Below, one piece after another: positions 10,182 to 19,583 of a stretch of DNA of 64,000 nucleotides. Both the position numbers and the translations under genes were made by a program. A model generated the notes under the pieces. The model was not told where the DNA came from and ran no database searches. It saw nothing but the letters and a program-made list of their open reading frames with translations. The DNA is from Planctomycetota bacterium. GTDB lineage: Bacteria; Planctomycetota; B15-G4. How positions within the stretch are numbered: position 1 is the stretch's first letter; each line of letters starts with the position of its first letter. Location: contig CBDFJQ010000002.1 of NCBI GenBank assembly GCA_965248575.1, positions 3,936,001-4,000,000 of the forward strand. Reading direction: 5' to 3'.

Positions 10182-10778
10182 ATGGATGAGACGACTCGTG
10201 AGGATCTGGGGCGGGGCTTGCTGCCTGCTTTGGTGGGTGCGGATGAGGTGGTGCGGCGGGTTCGTGCGGTCGGGGCGGGGAGCGTGATTGATGTGCGCTC
10301 TCCTGTGGAAGTGCTTGGGGAGTCGGTCCCGGGGGCGGTGGCGGTGCCGCTGGATCAACTGGAGGCGCGTCTGGACGAGGTGCGGGCGGTGCCGGCGCCG
10401 CGGCTGTTGTTGTGTCGCTCGGGTGCTCGGGCTGGCAAGGCGATGGAGACCTTGACCGCGCTGGGAGTGGACGGGTTGAGCGTCATGAGTGGTGGGCTGG
10501 AGGCCTACCGGGCCGCGGGAGGCAGCACCGTGTCCGCCGGCTCGCACATGTCGCTCGAACGACAGGTGCGGGTGGCGGCCGGTTCCCTGAGTTTGCTCGG
10601 GGTGATCCTGGGTTTCTTGCTGCACCCGGGATTCTTCGGCTTGTCGGGCTTCGTGGGAGCGGGTCTGGTGTTCGCCGGGGTCACGGACTGGTGCGGGATG
10701 GGATTGCTCCTGGCGCGTGCGCCTTGGAATCAGCGCCCTGGGACGCGCGCTCAGCCGTCGGACACGCTGTCCCAGTAG
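10182..10778 (+). CDS. Rhodanese + DUF2892 membrane protein (YgaP-like)
   Basis: DVRSPVE, CRSGARA, SLERQVRVAAG, GVTDWCGM..LL..APWN. Confidence 0.88.
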   Translation: MDETTREDLGRGLLPALVGADEVVRRVRAVGAGSVIDVRSPVEVLGESVPGAVAVPLDQLEARLDEVRAVPAPRLLLCRSGARAGKAMETLTALGVDGLSVMSGGLEAYRAAGGSTVSAGSHMSLERQVRVAAGSLSLLGVILGFLLHPGFFGLSGFVGAGLVFAGVTDWCGMGLLLARAPWNQRPGTRAQPSDTLSQ

Positions 10779-11806
10779 GGGGCGAGGGCCTGACGTGCCT
10801 TGCCGACGGTGACGGTTGCGTCGATGGAGGGCGCGGCGTCCAAGCCGAAGTCGCGGCCTGGGACACCGGGTTCGGCGCCGCTGCTGGCGTGCAGGGCGGC
10901 GCGCACACCCTGCACCACACCTTGCGGGTCGTAGCCCCCTTCGAGGGTGCACACGAGGCGACCGGGGCAGTGCTCGTCCGACCAGCTGCGGAACAGTTGG
11001 AACAGGGCGTCGAAGCCAGAGCGGCTGACGGCCAAACCCCCGAGGGGGTCGGCGTGCCAGGTGTCGAAACCGGCCGAAACGAGGATCAGGTCGGGGCGGT
11101 AGTCGGAGACCACGGGGCCCACCACCTCTTGATAGAGGTGCAGGAGGTCGGCGTCGCCCATGCCCGCGCCCAGCGGTAGGTTTACGGTGTGGCCGGCGCC
11201 CTCGCCCGTGCCCACCTCGGTCAGCGGGCCGGTGAAGGGATAGAAGGGGTAGCGATGGCTGGAGACGTAGAGCACGTCGCTGCGGCTGTCGAAGGCGTGT
11301 TGGGTGCCGTTGCCGTGGTGCACGTCGGGGTCGAGGATCAGCACCCGTTCGCAGCCCAGCTCGGCTCGGGCGTGTTCGGCGGCTACGGCCACGTTGTTGA
11401 AGAGGCAGAAGCCCATGGCGTGGGAGGCTTCGGCGTGGTGGCCGGGGGGGCGCACCAAGGCGAAGGCGCCGGCGGCCTCGCCTGCGACCACGGCTTCGGT
11501 GGCGGCGAGGGTCGCCCCCGCACCCTTCAGGGCAGCCTCCCAGGAGCCGGCGCTGGTGATGGTATCGCCGTCGAGGGCGACAGGGGCCTGACCCGCCGTG
11601 GCCTCGACCACATCCACATGCTGGGCGGTGTGCACCCGTTGCAGCTCGGCGCGAGTGGCTCGGCGCGGGCTGTCCTGGCGGGTGCCGGGCACGGGGCGCG
11701 CGTCCAGGTCGTCCAGCACCGCGGCCAGTCGGGCAGCGTTTTCCGGATGGCCGGGACCCGGGTCGTGCTCCAGGCAGCTCGGGTCTCGTAGGATCAGAGT
11801 GTCCAT
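10751..11806 (-). CDS. Histone-deacetylase-family amidohydrolase
   Basis: HPENAARL, RPPGHHA, GFCLFNN, DVHHGNGT, SAGFD, LEGGY. Confidence 0.95.
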   Translation of the reverse strand: MDTLILRDPSCLEHDPGPGHPENAARLAAVLDDLDARPVPGTRQDSPRRATRAELQRVHTAQHVDVVEATAGQAPVALDGDTITSAGSWEAALKGAGATLAATEAVVAGEAAGAFALVRPPGHHAEASHAMGFCLFNNVAVAAEHARAELGCERVLILDPDVHHGNGTQHAFDSRSDVLYVSSHRYPFYPFTGPLTEVGTGEGAGHTVNLPLGAGMGDADLLHLYQEVVGPVVSDYRPDLILVSAGFDTWHADPLGGLAVSRSGFDALFQLFRSWSDEHCPGRLVCTLEGGYDPQGVVQGVRAALHASSGAEPGVPGRDFGLDAAPSIDATVTVGKARQALAPYWDSVSDG

Positions 11807-11878
11807 GCAGCGAACGGTAGCGCTCGCCAGGGGCGGGCTCCAGTGGCGAGGCGGCGGTGACCCAGCGGTGATCGATCG

Positions 11879-13099
11879 ATGAGCAGGGGACAGCGAAACG
11901 CGCTCATGGCCTTCGGCCTCGTGCTGGTCGCCTATGTGCTGGCCCGCGCCCTGTCTGGCGACAACGACTTCGACGGCTTCCATCGCGCGGCGCAACACGT
12001 GCTCGACACCGGGACGCTCAGCCGGGTGAAGGACGTGCAGCGCTACCCGCCCAGCTTCCAATTGCTGATGCTGCCCTTCGGTCTGCTGCCATTGAAGGTG
12101 GCCGCGGGACTGTGGTTGGTGTTGAGCGTCGTGGCTCTGTGGAAGTTGCCGCGCCTGCTCGAACGCCTGATGGGTGTCCCGGTCTCCGCGCAGTTGGTGG
12201 CGGGCTGCGTGATGCTGCCGCTGGTGGTGGACAACCTGAACCTCGGGCAGAGCGCGCCGGTGTTGGTGTGCCTGTGCGCGTTGGCGCTGGTCTGGGCGCG
12301 GGAGGGGCGTGGACTCGCCAGCGGCTTCTTGTTGGGTGTACTCGCCCTGTTCAAGGTGTTGCCCGTCGTGATGTTGGCGATCCCGATCCTGTTGTGCGTG
12401 CGTGGCGGCAGTGGCGAGGCCGGCGACGAAGCTGCTCGGGGAACACAGGCAGCCCTGCGGCTCGTGGCGGGTGCGCTGCTCGCCCTGCTCCTGGCAACGG
12501 CTGGGCTCGTGGCCGTGGTGGGCTGGGAGGACACGCGCGACACGACGCAGCAATGGGTCACGAAGACCCGCGCTGAGCAGACGCCCTGGGCGCTGGTGGC
12601 CAACAACCGCAGCCTGCGTCACAACAACGAAGGGCTGGGCGTTGTACTCGCCCGGACCTACTGCGACATCAGCCCGGCGCAGGCGAAGGGCTCCGTGTCT
12701 CTGGCCAAGTGGCCACTGTCGGTGGCGTGGGGGATGTACGGCGCCCTCTTGGCGGGGCTCGTGGTGGCGGTGTGGCGAGGGCTGTTCGCGGTGCGGCGGC
12801 TCATGGCTTCAAGCGAGGCCGCAGCCCGTCACAGTGCGTGGGGCGGGCTGTTCGCGCTGGCGTGCTTGGGCACCCTGCTCATCTCACCCATCGTGTGGAC
12901 GCATTACTTTCTCTGGGTGTTGCCGGCCGCCGTCTTCCTGCATGAGCGGCAACGCCTGGTGTTGTGGGGCGGTGTCGCCTTCGCCGTGTGTTTCGCCGTG
13001 ACGCCCCTGCGCGGGCTGGGCGTGCACATCTATGCGACCTATGCGCTGTTCTGGGTGTTGGCGTTGGAGATCGTGCGCCGGGCGCGCGCGTCAGGCTAA
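11879..13099 (+). CDS. GT87/DUF2029-like polytopic glycosyltransferase
   Basis: DF, YPP, GQ, K..P, SPIVWTHY motifs; many TM helices. Confidence 0.8.
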   Translation: MSRGQRNALMAFGLVLVAYVLARALSGDNDFDGFHRAAQHVLDTGTLSRVKDVQRYPPSFQLLMLPFGLLPLKVAAGLWLVLSVVALWKLPRLLERLMGVPVSAQLVAGCVMLPLVVDNLNLGQSAPVLVCLCALALVWAREGRGLASGFLLGVLALFKVLPVVMLAIPILLCVRGGSGEAGDEAARGTQAALRLVAGALLALLLATAGLVAVVGWEDTRDTTQQWVTKTRAEQTPWALVANNRSLRHNNEGLGVVLARTYCDISPAQAKGSVSLAKWPLSVAWGMYGALLAGLVVAVWRGLFAVRRLMASSEAAARHSAWGGLFALACLGTLLISPIVWTHYFLWVLPAAVFLHERQRLVLWGGVAFAVCFAVTPLRGLGVHIYATYALFWVLALEIVRRARASG

Positions 13100-13110
13100 G
13101 CCCGCGCCCT

Positions 13111-13596
13111 TCAGGCCTTGCCCTCGTTGATCCACTCCACCTCGCCGCCGGGCAGGAAGTAGACGATCAGCATGCGGCCGTCGGTGACGGTCGGCACGTG
13201 TGCCGAGTCGGGCGCGAAGGCCACCCAACCCTCCGGTTGGCCGTCGAACTTGGCGTCCCCTTCCACGGCGAAGCAGATGTTCACTTCGCCCTTGGGGTGG
13301 CGGTGGTTGATGCCGCCGCCCGTCATCCAGACGAAGTCCACGGACATGTCGTGGGGCGTGTCGCCGGGCTTGGCCAGGCGCGAGAAGCGCACCGGGTCCT
13401 TGCCTTTGTTGCAGATGACGCCATCCGCGAAGGCAGCCATGAGCGCCTTGCGCAAGTCGACGGCTTCGGGGCCGGCCATGGGATAGCGTCGCTCGAGTTC
13501 GGCGCGGGCGGCCGACGCGTCGCTCAGGTCGACAGCGGCGGCGTGGCCCATGGGGGCGTCGAGCAGGGTCAGCAGATCTTCAGCGGTGGCGGGCAT
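13111..13596 (-). CDS. DUF4863-family cupin-like protein
   Basis: HRHPKGEVN, SAHVPTVTDG, YFLPGG. Confidence 0.8.
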   Translation of the reverse strand: MPATAEDLLTLLDAPMGHAAAVDLSDASAARAELERRYPMAGPEAVDLRKALMAAFADGVICNKGKDPVRFSRLAKPGDTPHDMSVDFVWMTGGGINHRHPKGEVNICFAVEGDAKFDGQPEGWVAFAPDSAHVPTVTDGRMLIVYFLPGGEVEWINEGKA

Positions 13597-13617
13597 GGTG
13601 GCTCCTTAAACCGGCGA

Positions 13618-14091
13618 TCAACCGGCGCCGTTGAGGCGTGCCATGGCGGCGGGCACGTGTTCCTTGATGTCGGACACCTTCTCGGCGTGTTCGATCTTGC
13701 CGTGGGCATCAATGATGTAGGTGATGCGGTCCGGGTACTTGGCGCCGTCGTCGGCGCAGGCGCCGTAGGCCACGCTCATGGCCTTGCTCGTGTCGCACAA
13801 CAACGGGTAGTTGAAGTCGAACTTGTCGGCGAAGGCCTTGTTGTCGGCCACGCTGTCAAAAGAGACGCCGAAGACGGCGGTCTTGTCGTTCAGTTCTGGG
13901 GTTCGATCACGGAACCCCTGGCCCTGGACGCGTCAGCCAGGGGTGTCGGCTTTGGGATAGAACCAGAGCAGCACGCGCTGGCCGGAGAAGTCCTCCAGGT
14001 TGCGGGTGGCGCCGGTGTGGTCCTGGAGCTCGAAGGCGGGAGCGTCGTCGCCCACATTGAGCAGCTTGGGTTTCTTGCTGAAGAGGCCCAT
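13618..14091 (-). CDS. bcp: Peroxiredoxin (Bcp/PrxQ-like), probable selenoprotein with UGA at codon 53
   Basis: Single frame MGLFSKKPKLLNVGDDAPAFELQD...WFYPKADTPG-TGA-RVQGQGFRDR...GVSFD...RITYIID; AGGAG RBS; ORF track shows only the C-terminal half. Confidence 0.88.
13898..13918 (-). promoter_or_regulatory. Putative bacterial SECIS hairpin
   Basis: GGGGTTC-CGTGATC-GAACCCC stem-loop starting 14 nt after the in-frame UGA. Confidence 0.65.
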
Positions 14092-14101
14092 GGGGCTCCT
14101 C

Positions 14102-14752
14102 TCACGAAGGGGACAGGTCGAGCTGTTGCGGGAGATCCGCGAAGCCGCCGGTCAGGATGCGGTCGGCGCCCGCCTCGCGCAACGCCTGCTCCTCGCCCAC
14201 CCCACCCAGCACGACCCAGCAGGGGATGTGCGCGGCATGCGCCGCGAGCACGTCCGCATCGGAGTCGCCGATCATGAGGGCGGCCGATGCCGGGGCGCCC
14301 AGGGCCTCGAGGGCGTGCAGCAGCACATCCGGGGCGGGCTTGCTGTGGGACACGAGGTCGCGGCCCGAGACGTGGGCGATGTGCGGCGCGAGGCCGGTGG
14401 CCTGCAGGCCGTCCTGGGCGCTCTGGGTCAGGCGCGTGGTGGCGACCGCCAGCCGGAAGCCGGCGGCCGTGAGCAGGGGCAGGGTCTCGGCCACCCCGGG
14501 CAGCACCCGGCTGCGGGCGGCGAGGCGCGGCAGGACCCGCTTGGCGAAAGCGCTGACCATGCCGTGGGGGTCGTCCGCCCCGAGCTGCTCCCAGACGGTG
14601 TGGGGCGGCTGGCCGATCTTGCTGCGGGCCCAGGCGGCCTCGGGGACGGGCAATCCAGCCTCCTCGGCCAGCTCCAAAACCCCTTCGACGATGGCGTCGG
14701 AGGCATCCAGCAGGGTGCCATCCAGGTCGAGCAGCAGGACGTCGGGGCGCAT
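14102..14752 (-). CDS. HAD-family phosphatase (phosphoglycolate phosphatase-like)
   Basis: DLDGTLLD, KPAPD, MIGDS..D. Confidence 0.9.
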   Translation of the reverse strand: MRPDVLLLDLDGTLLDASDAIVEGVLELAEEAGLPVPEAAWARSKIGQPPHTVWEQLGADDPHGMVSAFAKRVLPRLAARSRVLPGVAETLPLLTAAGFRLAVATTRLTQSAQDGLQATGLAPHIAHVSGRDLVSHSKPAPDVLLHALEALGAPASAALMIGDSDADVLAAHAAHIPCWVVLGGVGEEQALREAGADRILTGGFADLPQQLDLSPS

Positions 14753-14854
14753 GGCGGGGGATGTTAGCAGGCCGCGCCGGTTGCAGAGCGGGGCCGGGTT
14801 GCCCCTGGCGGCGGGCCCCAGCCCGGGGGCCTGTCGCGGGGTAGGATACCCCCC

Positions 14855-16705
14855 ATGGCTCGCATGCTCCCCAGGACCTCGCTCCGCTCCTTGCGCCGAC
14901 TCCTGGTGGGTCCGGAGTGGCTGGTGGTGGCCACCTTCGTGCTGATGATCGAGCTCATGGCGCCCACGGTCGAAAGCGATGTGGACGACATCACATGGGT
15001 GATCGTGATGCCCATGCTGCTGAGCTTGGGTTGCATCATGGCGACGCACCAACACCTGCCCCTGATGAGCGGCCTGGTGACCTGGGCCTCCAAGCTCTTC
15101 AAGCGCATGCGGCGCAACCTGGTGGTGAGCCTGGGCCTCGACTTCCACCCGGAGCGGGCGCCGCGGCTCGCGCCCTTCGTCACCCTGCGCAAGGGCGTCT
15201 TCATCTTGTTCCTCGTAGCAGCCGTGCTGTTGGCGGGGCGTGGTCTAGGTCGCGACGTCCTGCAAGCCACGCGCGTGCAAGGGCTCTACACGCTGCACAA
15301 CCTGATGATCGGGACGGCCTGGTTTGGTTTGATCCTGGGCACCGTGATCGCGGTGCCTGCCAGCTTGCTGGCCATCCTCGAGGTGGTGCGCAGGCGGTTT
15401 GGGGTCGAGGGCTTCGGGCGCGTGATGTTGGTCTCGGGTGGCTCGGTGCTGGTGGCCATTTTCCTGGTCGTGCTCAACGCCAAGACGGGGCTGACGGGCT
15501 GCCTCGGTGTGCTGGCCTTTGCCACCTTGCTGCCGTCCGTGGTGCGGCCCATCGACCCGCCCCGGGGGCAATGGCTGAACATCGCCATGGGTCGCAACGG
15601 GCCCCCGCGTACGATCCGTCTCGGGCAGCTGCTGACCGACACCTACCGCGTGTTGTCATTGGTGGCCTTCTCCATCGTGGCGTTGCTGATGCCGGGCGAG
15701 TCGGCCTTGTCCGCGACCACCTTCCCGGTGACGGACCTGCTGTTGTCCGTCTTCGGCTGGTCGGCGGCCTGGTTGCTCACGGGCGGTGCCTGCCTGGGCA
15801 TCGGTGAGTTCAACCGTCGGCGACGTCTGTTCGACCCGGCCTTCCCCCGCAGCCGGGTGTTGTGGGCGGTGCCCGGCCCGGAGGCCCGTGCCTTGGAGCA
15901 GGAGCGGCACGCGGTCGAGGAGGCTGGCTGGCGGCTCGTGGTCTCGGACAGCCTGCCCGGCCCCGAAGACGCCGACTTGCTGGTGGGTGTTCCCACGAGT
16001 CCTTTGCCTCCGCGCGGTGTGCCTCTGACCCAAGTGCCGCCCGCCATCTTCCTGGTGGACGAGGACCCTGCGGCCCTGCTGGCCGAAGCCGAGGAGCGGG
16101 ACAAGGCCGAGCGCGCCAGCGAGGCCATCGAAGGCTTGCTCAACGCCACCCGACCGCGCATGGGCGACCACGGCGAGGGGACGTTCCTCGTGCCCCATTG
16201 TTGGTTGGTGGTGGGGCTCACCCGGGACGACGAGCGCGGGAGTCTCGAACGCAGCCCCGTGCTGACCTTCGGCCAGCCTTTCCGCATCGCCTTCGGCACC
16301 CGCCTGCGTCGCTTTCTCTACGACGTCATGGCCCGGGCCGACATCGACGTGCTCTACATCGAGGACTCCGTGACACCGGAGCAGGTGAGCGAGGTGCTGG
16401 AATTGCTCTTCGAACGTCACATCTCGCGCATGCAACCCGAGGCCGTGGCCGAGCACGACTTCGTGGGCGTGACCGGTGTGCGGGTGGTGCTGCACAACGT
16501 GGACCCGGAGGGCGAAGGCATCAAGGGTGTCGACGCCCACGTCTCCCGCAACGCCATCTCTCGCGCGCGGATCATGATCATCGGCCACGACCGACGAGAC
16601 GATGACGACGACGAGGGCCCGCCCGCCGATGGCGAGTCCAGTGATCTGTGGTTGGAGGAGAGCCTGAGCGGGCTCTTCCCCAAGACGCCTCTGCAGAACA
16701 TCTGA
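14855..16705 (+). CDS. Polytopic membrane protein with soluble C-terminal domain, unknown function
   Basis: 616 aa; about 8-9 TM helices, then a hydrophilic domain with acidic tail. Confidence 0.75.
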   Translation: MARMLPRTSLRSLRRLLVGPEWLVVATFVLMIELMAPTVESDVDDITWVIVMPMLLSLGCIMATHQHLPLMSGLVTWASKLFKRMRRNLVVSLGLDFHPERAPRLAPFVTLRKGVFILFLVAAVLLAGRGLGRDVLQATRVQGLYTLHNLMIGTAWFGLILGTVIAVPASLLAILEVVRRRFGVEGFGRVMLVSGGSVLVAIFLVVLNAKTGLTGCLGVLAFATLLPSVVRPIDPPRGQWLNIAMGRNGPPRTIRLGQLLTDTYRVLSLVAFSIVALLMPGESALSATTFPVTDLLLSVFGWSAAWLLTGGACLGIGEFNRRRRLFDPAFPRSRVLWAVPGPEARALEQERHAVEEAGWRLVVSDSLPGPEDADLLVGVPTSPLPPRGVPLTQVPPAIFLVDEDPAALLAEAEERDKAERASEAIEGLLNATRPRMGDHGEGTFLVPHCWLVVGLTRDDERGSLERSPVLTFGQPFRIAFGTRLRRFLYDVMARADIDVLYIEDSVTPEQVSEVLELLFERHISRMQPEAVAEHDFVGVTGVRVVLHNVDPEGEGIKGVDAHVSRNAISRARIMIIGHDRRDDDDDEGPPADGESSDLWLEESLSGLFPKTPLQNI

Positions 16706-16710
16706 GCGGC

Positions 16711-16870
16711 GCCGGGCGAGAGGCCGGTCATTCGGGCCTGTGCACGCACGGGGGTCGCCAGCTCGGCGTTGGCTCGTCCTCGACGATGCTCTGCATCGCC
16801 TGCGGCTCGCCGCCTTGATCTGACGGCCCCAGCACGCACCCAGGGCCGAAGCACCGGCCTCTTACCCGGC
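16711..16870. repeat. Long imperfect palindrome upstream of intI
   Basis: gccgggcgagaggccggt (16711-16728) pairs with accggcctcttacccggc (16853-16870), 16/18; pairing continues imperfectly inward. Confidence 0.65.
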
Positions 16871-16908
16871 TCGGGTTGGGGTGAAACAGATCGAGGCTTG
16901 GGCCGTCG

Positions 16909-18066
16909 GTGGGGTTGGTTATGCGGGTCTGTCTAATTCGTCGGGGGATTCGGTTCATGGCGCGGCGTCGGGCGGCGGGGCGGGGGCAGCGGGCTCGGTC
17001 CCCTTGGTTGATGGTGCGTTTGCGGGAGGAGCTGCTTGTGCGGAGCTACAGTCCGCGGACGGCACAGACCTATGAGCACTGGGTGCGGCGCTTCCTGCGG
17101 TTTCATGGGATGCGGTCGCCGAGGGGGATGGGGGGTGAGGAGGTGACGGGCTTCCTCTCACACCTGGCGACCGAGATGAAGGTGAGCGCGTCGACCCAGA
17201 ACCAGGCGCTGGCGGCGCTGCTGTTCCTTTACGGGAAGGTGTTGCAGGAGGACCTGCCGTGGATGGCGGACGTGGTGCGGGCGCGGCGGCCCCGCTACCT
17301 GCCGGTGGTCATGACTCAGGGGGAGGTACGCGAGGTGCTGGGTGCCTTGGAGGGGGTGCCTGCCACGGTGGGTGCCTTGCTCTATGGGTCAGGCCTGCGC
17401 TTGCTGGAGGCCCTCACCCTGCGGGTGAAGGATGTCGACTTCGGCGCGCGTCAGCTGTTGGTGCGGCAGGGGAAGGGCAAGAAGGACCGCCGGGCCCTGC
17501 TGCCCACCTCGGTGGAAGGGGCCCTGAGGCACCAGCTCCGCCAGGCGCGCTACCAACATGAGCAGGACCTGAAGAACGACGCAGGATGGGTCGAGCTCCC
17601 CGCCGCCTTCGGGCGCAAGTCAACCCACGCCGGCCAGGACTGGCCCTGGCAATGGGTCTTCCCCGCCACACGGATCTACACCTGCCAGGAGACGGGAGAA
17701 CGAAGGCGCCATCACCTGCACGAGACAGTGGTGCAGAAGGCGGTGCGCGCTGCCGCGCGACGAGCGGGACTCTCGAAACGCATCACAAGCCACGCCTTCC
17801 GTCATTCCTTTGCAACCCACTTGCTGCAATCCGGAACCGACATCAGGACCATCCAGAAGCTGCTGGGCCACAAGAGCGTGCAGACCACGATGATCTACAC
17901 CCACGTCCTGAACCGCGGACCCATGGGAGTGGTGAGCCCACTGGATCAGCTGGGCGAGGAGGTGCAGCTGGAGGGGGAGGGACGGAAGGGCGGTGCCGCC
18001 GATCCAACGGGTCCACGGGATCCACCAGCCGATGAGGCCGAGGAAGGACCTCCCGGTGCTGGATAA
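16909..18066 (+). CDS. intI: Integron integrase (tyrosine recombinase)
   Basis: [29 protein letters not shown], integron-specific insert VELP..FGRK...WPWQWVFPA...[26 protein letters not shown]; start uncertain. Confidence 0.97.
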   Translation: MGLVMRVCLIRRGIRFMARRRAAGRGQRARSPWLMVRLREELLVRSYSPRTAQTYEHWVRRFLRFHGMRSPRGMGGEEVTGFLSHLATEMKVSASTQNQALAALLFLYGKVLQEDLPWMADVVRARRPRYLPVVMTQGEVREVLGALEGVPATVGALLYGSGLRLLEALTLRVKDVDFGARQLLVRQGKGKKDRRALLPTSVEGALRHQLRQARYQHEQDLKNDAGWVELPAAFGRKSTHAGQDWPWQWVFPATRIYTCQETGERRRHHLHETVVQKAVRAAARRAGLSKRITSHAFRHSFATHLLQSGTDIRTIQKLLGHKSVQTTMIYTHVLNRGPMGVVSPLDQLGEEVQLEGEGRKGGAADPTGPRDPPADEAEEGPPGAG

Positions 18067-18253
18067 TGCTGAACACCGTCGCGTGATAGACGGACCTGCC
18101 TATCGGGGTTAGGGTCGATTCTCGATCTGGCGCCTCAGGCCAGAAAACCGGAACGGAAGAGGAGGAAGTCGCCATTGACGGGGAGAGAGAACACGGGCTG
18201 TGGGTCGATGGCCGCGTGGGGGCTTCGTTCCGTCTTTGCGTGACAGCCACGCT

Positions 18254-18271
18254 GTCCAATTGGAGTTAGGC
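18254..18271 (+). other. Putative attI site (core GTTAGGC at 18265-18271)
   Basis: gtccaat-tgga-GTTAGGC; core is complementary to the GCCTAAC that ends cassette 1; no attC-like palindrome upstream. Confidence 0.75.
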
Positions 18272-18277
18272 AGCCGA

Positions 18278-18604
18278 ATGGCGAAGAAGATCAGTCGACT
18301 ATGGGCTGCGGTGGCCGTCACACTCGCAACTGCCTTGCTGTGCTGGTACGTGGTCATTCCAGCCATCTACGATCATTACTTCGAATACGAGACGGCTCTG
18401 CATAGAGTTGATCACTTGGTAGGTTCAGGGCGTCAGTTCGCGGAGAACTCCGACTTGGTCAACTACCTGTGGCGCGAGATTCGCGACGACACCAAGAATG
18501 TACCCAACATGGGGTTCTTAACGCCCGAGACGCTCTTCGCACGCGGGCGTCACTACACTCTCATCATGCTTGAGGAAGCACTGGAGCGCCTCGGTGAGCC
18601 CTGA
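18278..18604 (+). CDS. Cassette 1: hypothetical protein with N-terminal TM helix
   Basis: ORF fills the attI-attC1 interval. Confidence 0.75.
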   Translation: MAKKISRLWAAVAVTLATALLCWYVVIPAIYDHYFEYETALHRVDHLVGSGRQFAENSDLVNYLWREIRDDTKNVPNMGFLTPETLFARGRHYTLIMLEEALERLGEP

Positions 18605-18609
18605 CGCTT

Positions 18610-18676
18610 GCCTAACTGGCGCTAGCAACGGACGGGGCGCTTCGCGCCCCGCCGCTGAACCGCAGGTACGTTAGCC
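18610..18676 (+). repeat. attC1
   Basis: GCCTAAC...palindrome...gctgaac..GTTAGCC. Confidence 0.92.
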
Positions 18677-18690
18677 AGATGGAGCGTTGA

Positions 18691-19086
18691 GTGATGCGAA
18701 CGGTCTTTGCTGTTCTGGCAGGTGTGCTGGTGCATTTTCTGGTGCTGTCTGTCGTCGTTTCGCAGACGGTGACACTTCAAGTCGTCCAAGAAGGAGCTGC
18801 GCCACTACCCGACGAGAATCCTCTGGTGTCGTGGGTGATCCTTGCGTGCATGTTCGTCGTAGCGGCGCTAGTCGGCGGAACGGCCGCCGGAGCCGTTTCA
18901 AAAGGGCGTTTCGCTCTGGCCTCGTGCCTCGTCGGGGCATGGGGTGCCATGCTGCTGTTCGCCAACGGTCAGAGTGCTGCAGACCTAGCATTCACCGTAG
19001 TCCTTGCCGGTGCAGTACTCTGTGTTCCCGCCGCACTCCTTGGGGGCTACACGTGGAAGAGGTTCTGTGCCAAGCCAACTGGCTAA
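18691..19086 (+). CDS. Cassette 2: small membrane protein
   Basis: About 4 TM helices; stop lies within GGCTAAC. Confidence 0.75.
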   Translation: MMRTVFAVLAGVLVHFLVLSVVVSQTVTLQVVQEGAAPLPDENPLVSWVILACMFVVAALVGGTAAGAVSKGRFALASCLVGAWGAMLLFANGQSAADLAFTVVLAGAVLCVPAALLGGYTWKRFCAKPTG

Positions 19087-19147
19087 CAAGCGCTTGCAGC
19101 GGACGGTCCGCTGCGCGGCCCGCCGCTGAACCGCCAGTCCGTTAGGC
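19081..19147 (+). repeat. attC2
   Basis: GGCTAACaagcgcttgcagcggacggtccgctgcgcggcccgccgctgaaccgccagtccGTTAGGC. Confidence 0.95.
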
Positions 19148-19173
19148 AGCACCACACTCTTGGAGTTGGGCCG

Positions 19174-19503
19174 ATGGTCGAATTGCGCCGAATAGAGCCC
19201 CTACCTCTCGGGAAGCTGCAGGCCTTTATTTGGGCAGCTCTTGCGCTAGTGCGCGCCGTGCCGATGCTTTTCGCTACCGTGTTCGAGGGGCCAGGTTCCG
19301 AGTTGTGGGGCGAGTTCAGCATCACCTCCATTGTGGACATGACGGGATTCTATGGGCTATTGCTCAGTCCCGTGGTTGCAGGGTTCTGGGGGCTCATTAA
19401 TGGCTGCATTATTGCGTTAGCATACAACTGGGCTGCTGGGCAGCTCGGTGGCGTTAAGATCACGATAGTGACGGCAAGCGAACGTGATGGGGCCAGCGCA
19501 TGA
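19174..19503 (+). CDS. Cassette 3: 2-TM membrane protein (DUF3566-like)
   Basis: LRRIEPL...ALAYNWAAGQLGGVKI pattern. Confidence 0.7.
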   Translation: MVELRRIEPLPLGKLQAFIWAALALVRAVPMLFATVFEGPGSELWGEFSITSIVDMTGFYGLLLSPVVAGFWGLINGCIIALAYNWAAGQLGGVKITIVTASERDGASA

Positions 19504-19509
19504 CGGTCT

Positions 19510-19576
19510 GCCTAACAAGCGCTTGCAGCGGACGGTCCGCTGCGCGGCCCGCCGCTGAACCGCCAGTCCGTTAGGT
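19510..19576 (+). repeat. attC3
   Basis: GCCTAAC...GTTAGGT; body identical to attC2. Confidence 0.95.
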
Positions 19577-19583
19577 GGACGTA

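Noticed and set aside
13618..14091. Peroxiredoxin as a plain pseudogene
   Set aside because: The stop falls exactly on the catalytic residue, a hairpin follows, and both halves are otherwise intact.
18108..18114. GTTAGGG as the attI core
   Set aside because: The core at 18265 matches cassette 1's GCCTAAC exactly and sits just before its ATG; 18108 could at most be an accessory site.
18175..18210. TTGACG as Pc -35, and gctgtgggtcgatg resembling sequence I recall upstream of class 1 attI1
   Set aside because: No credible -10 at 16-18 bp; the short match is from memory, unverified and may be chance.
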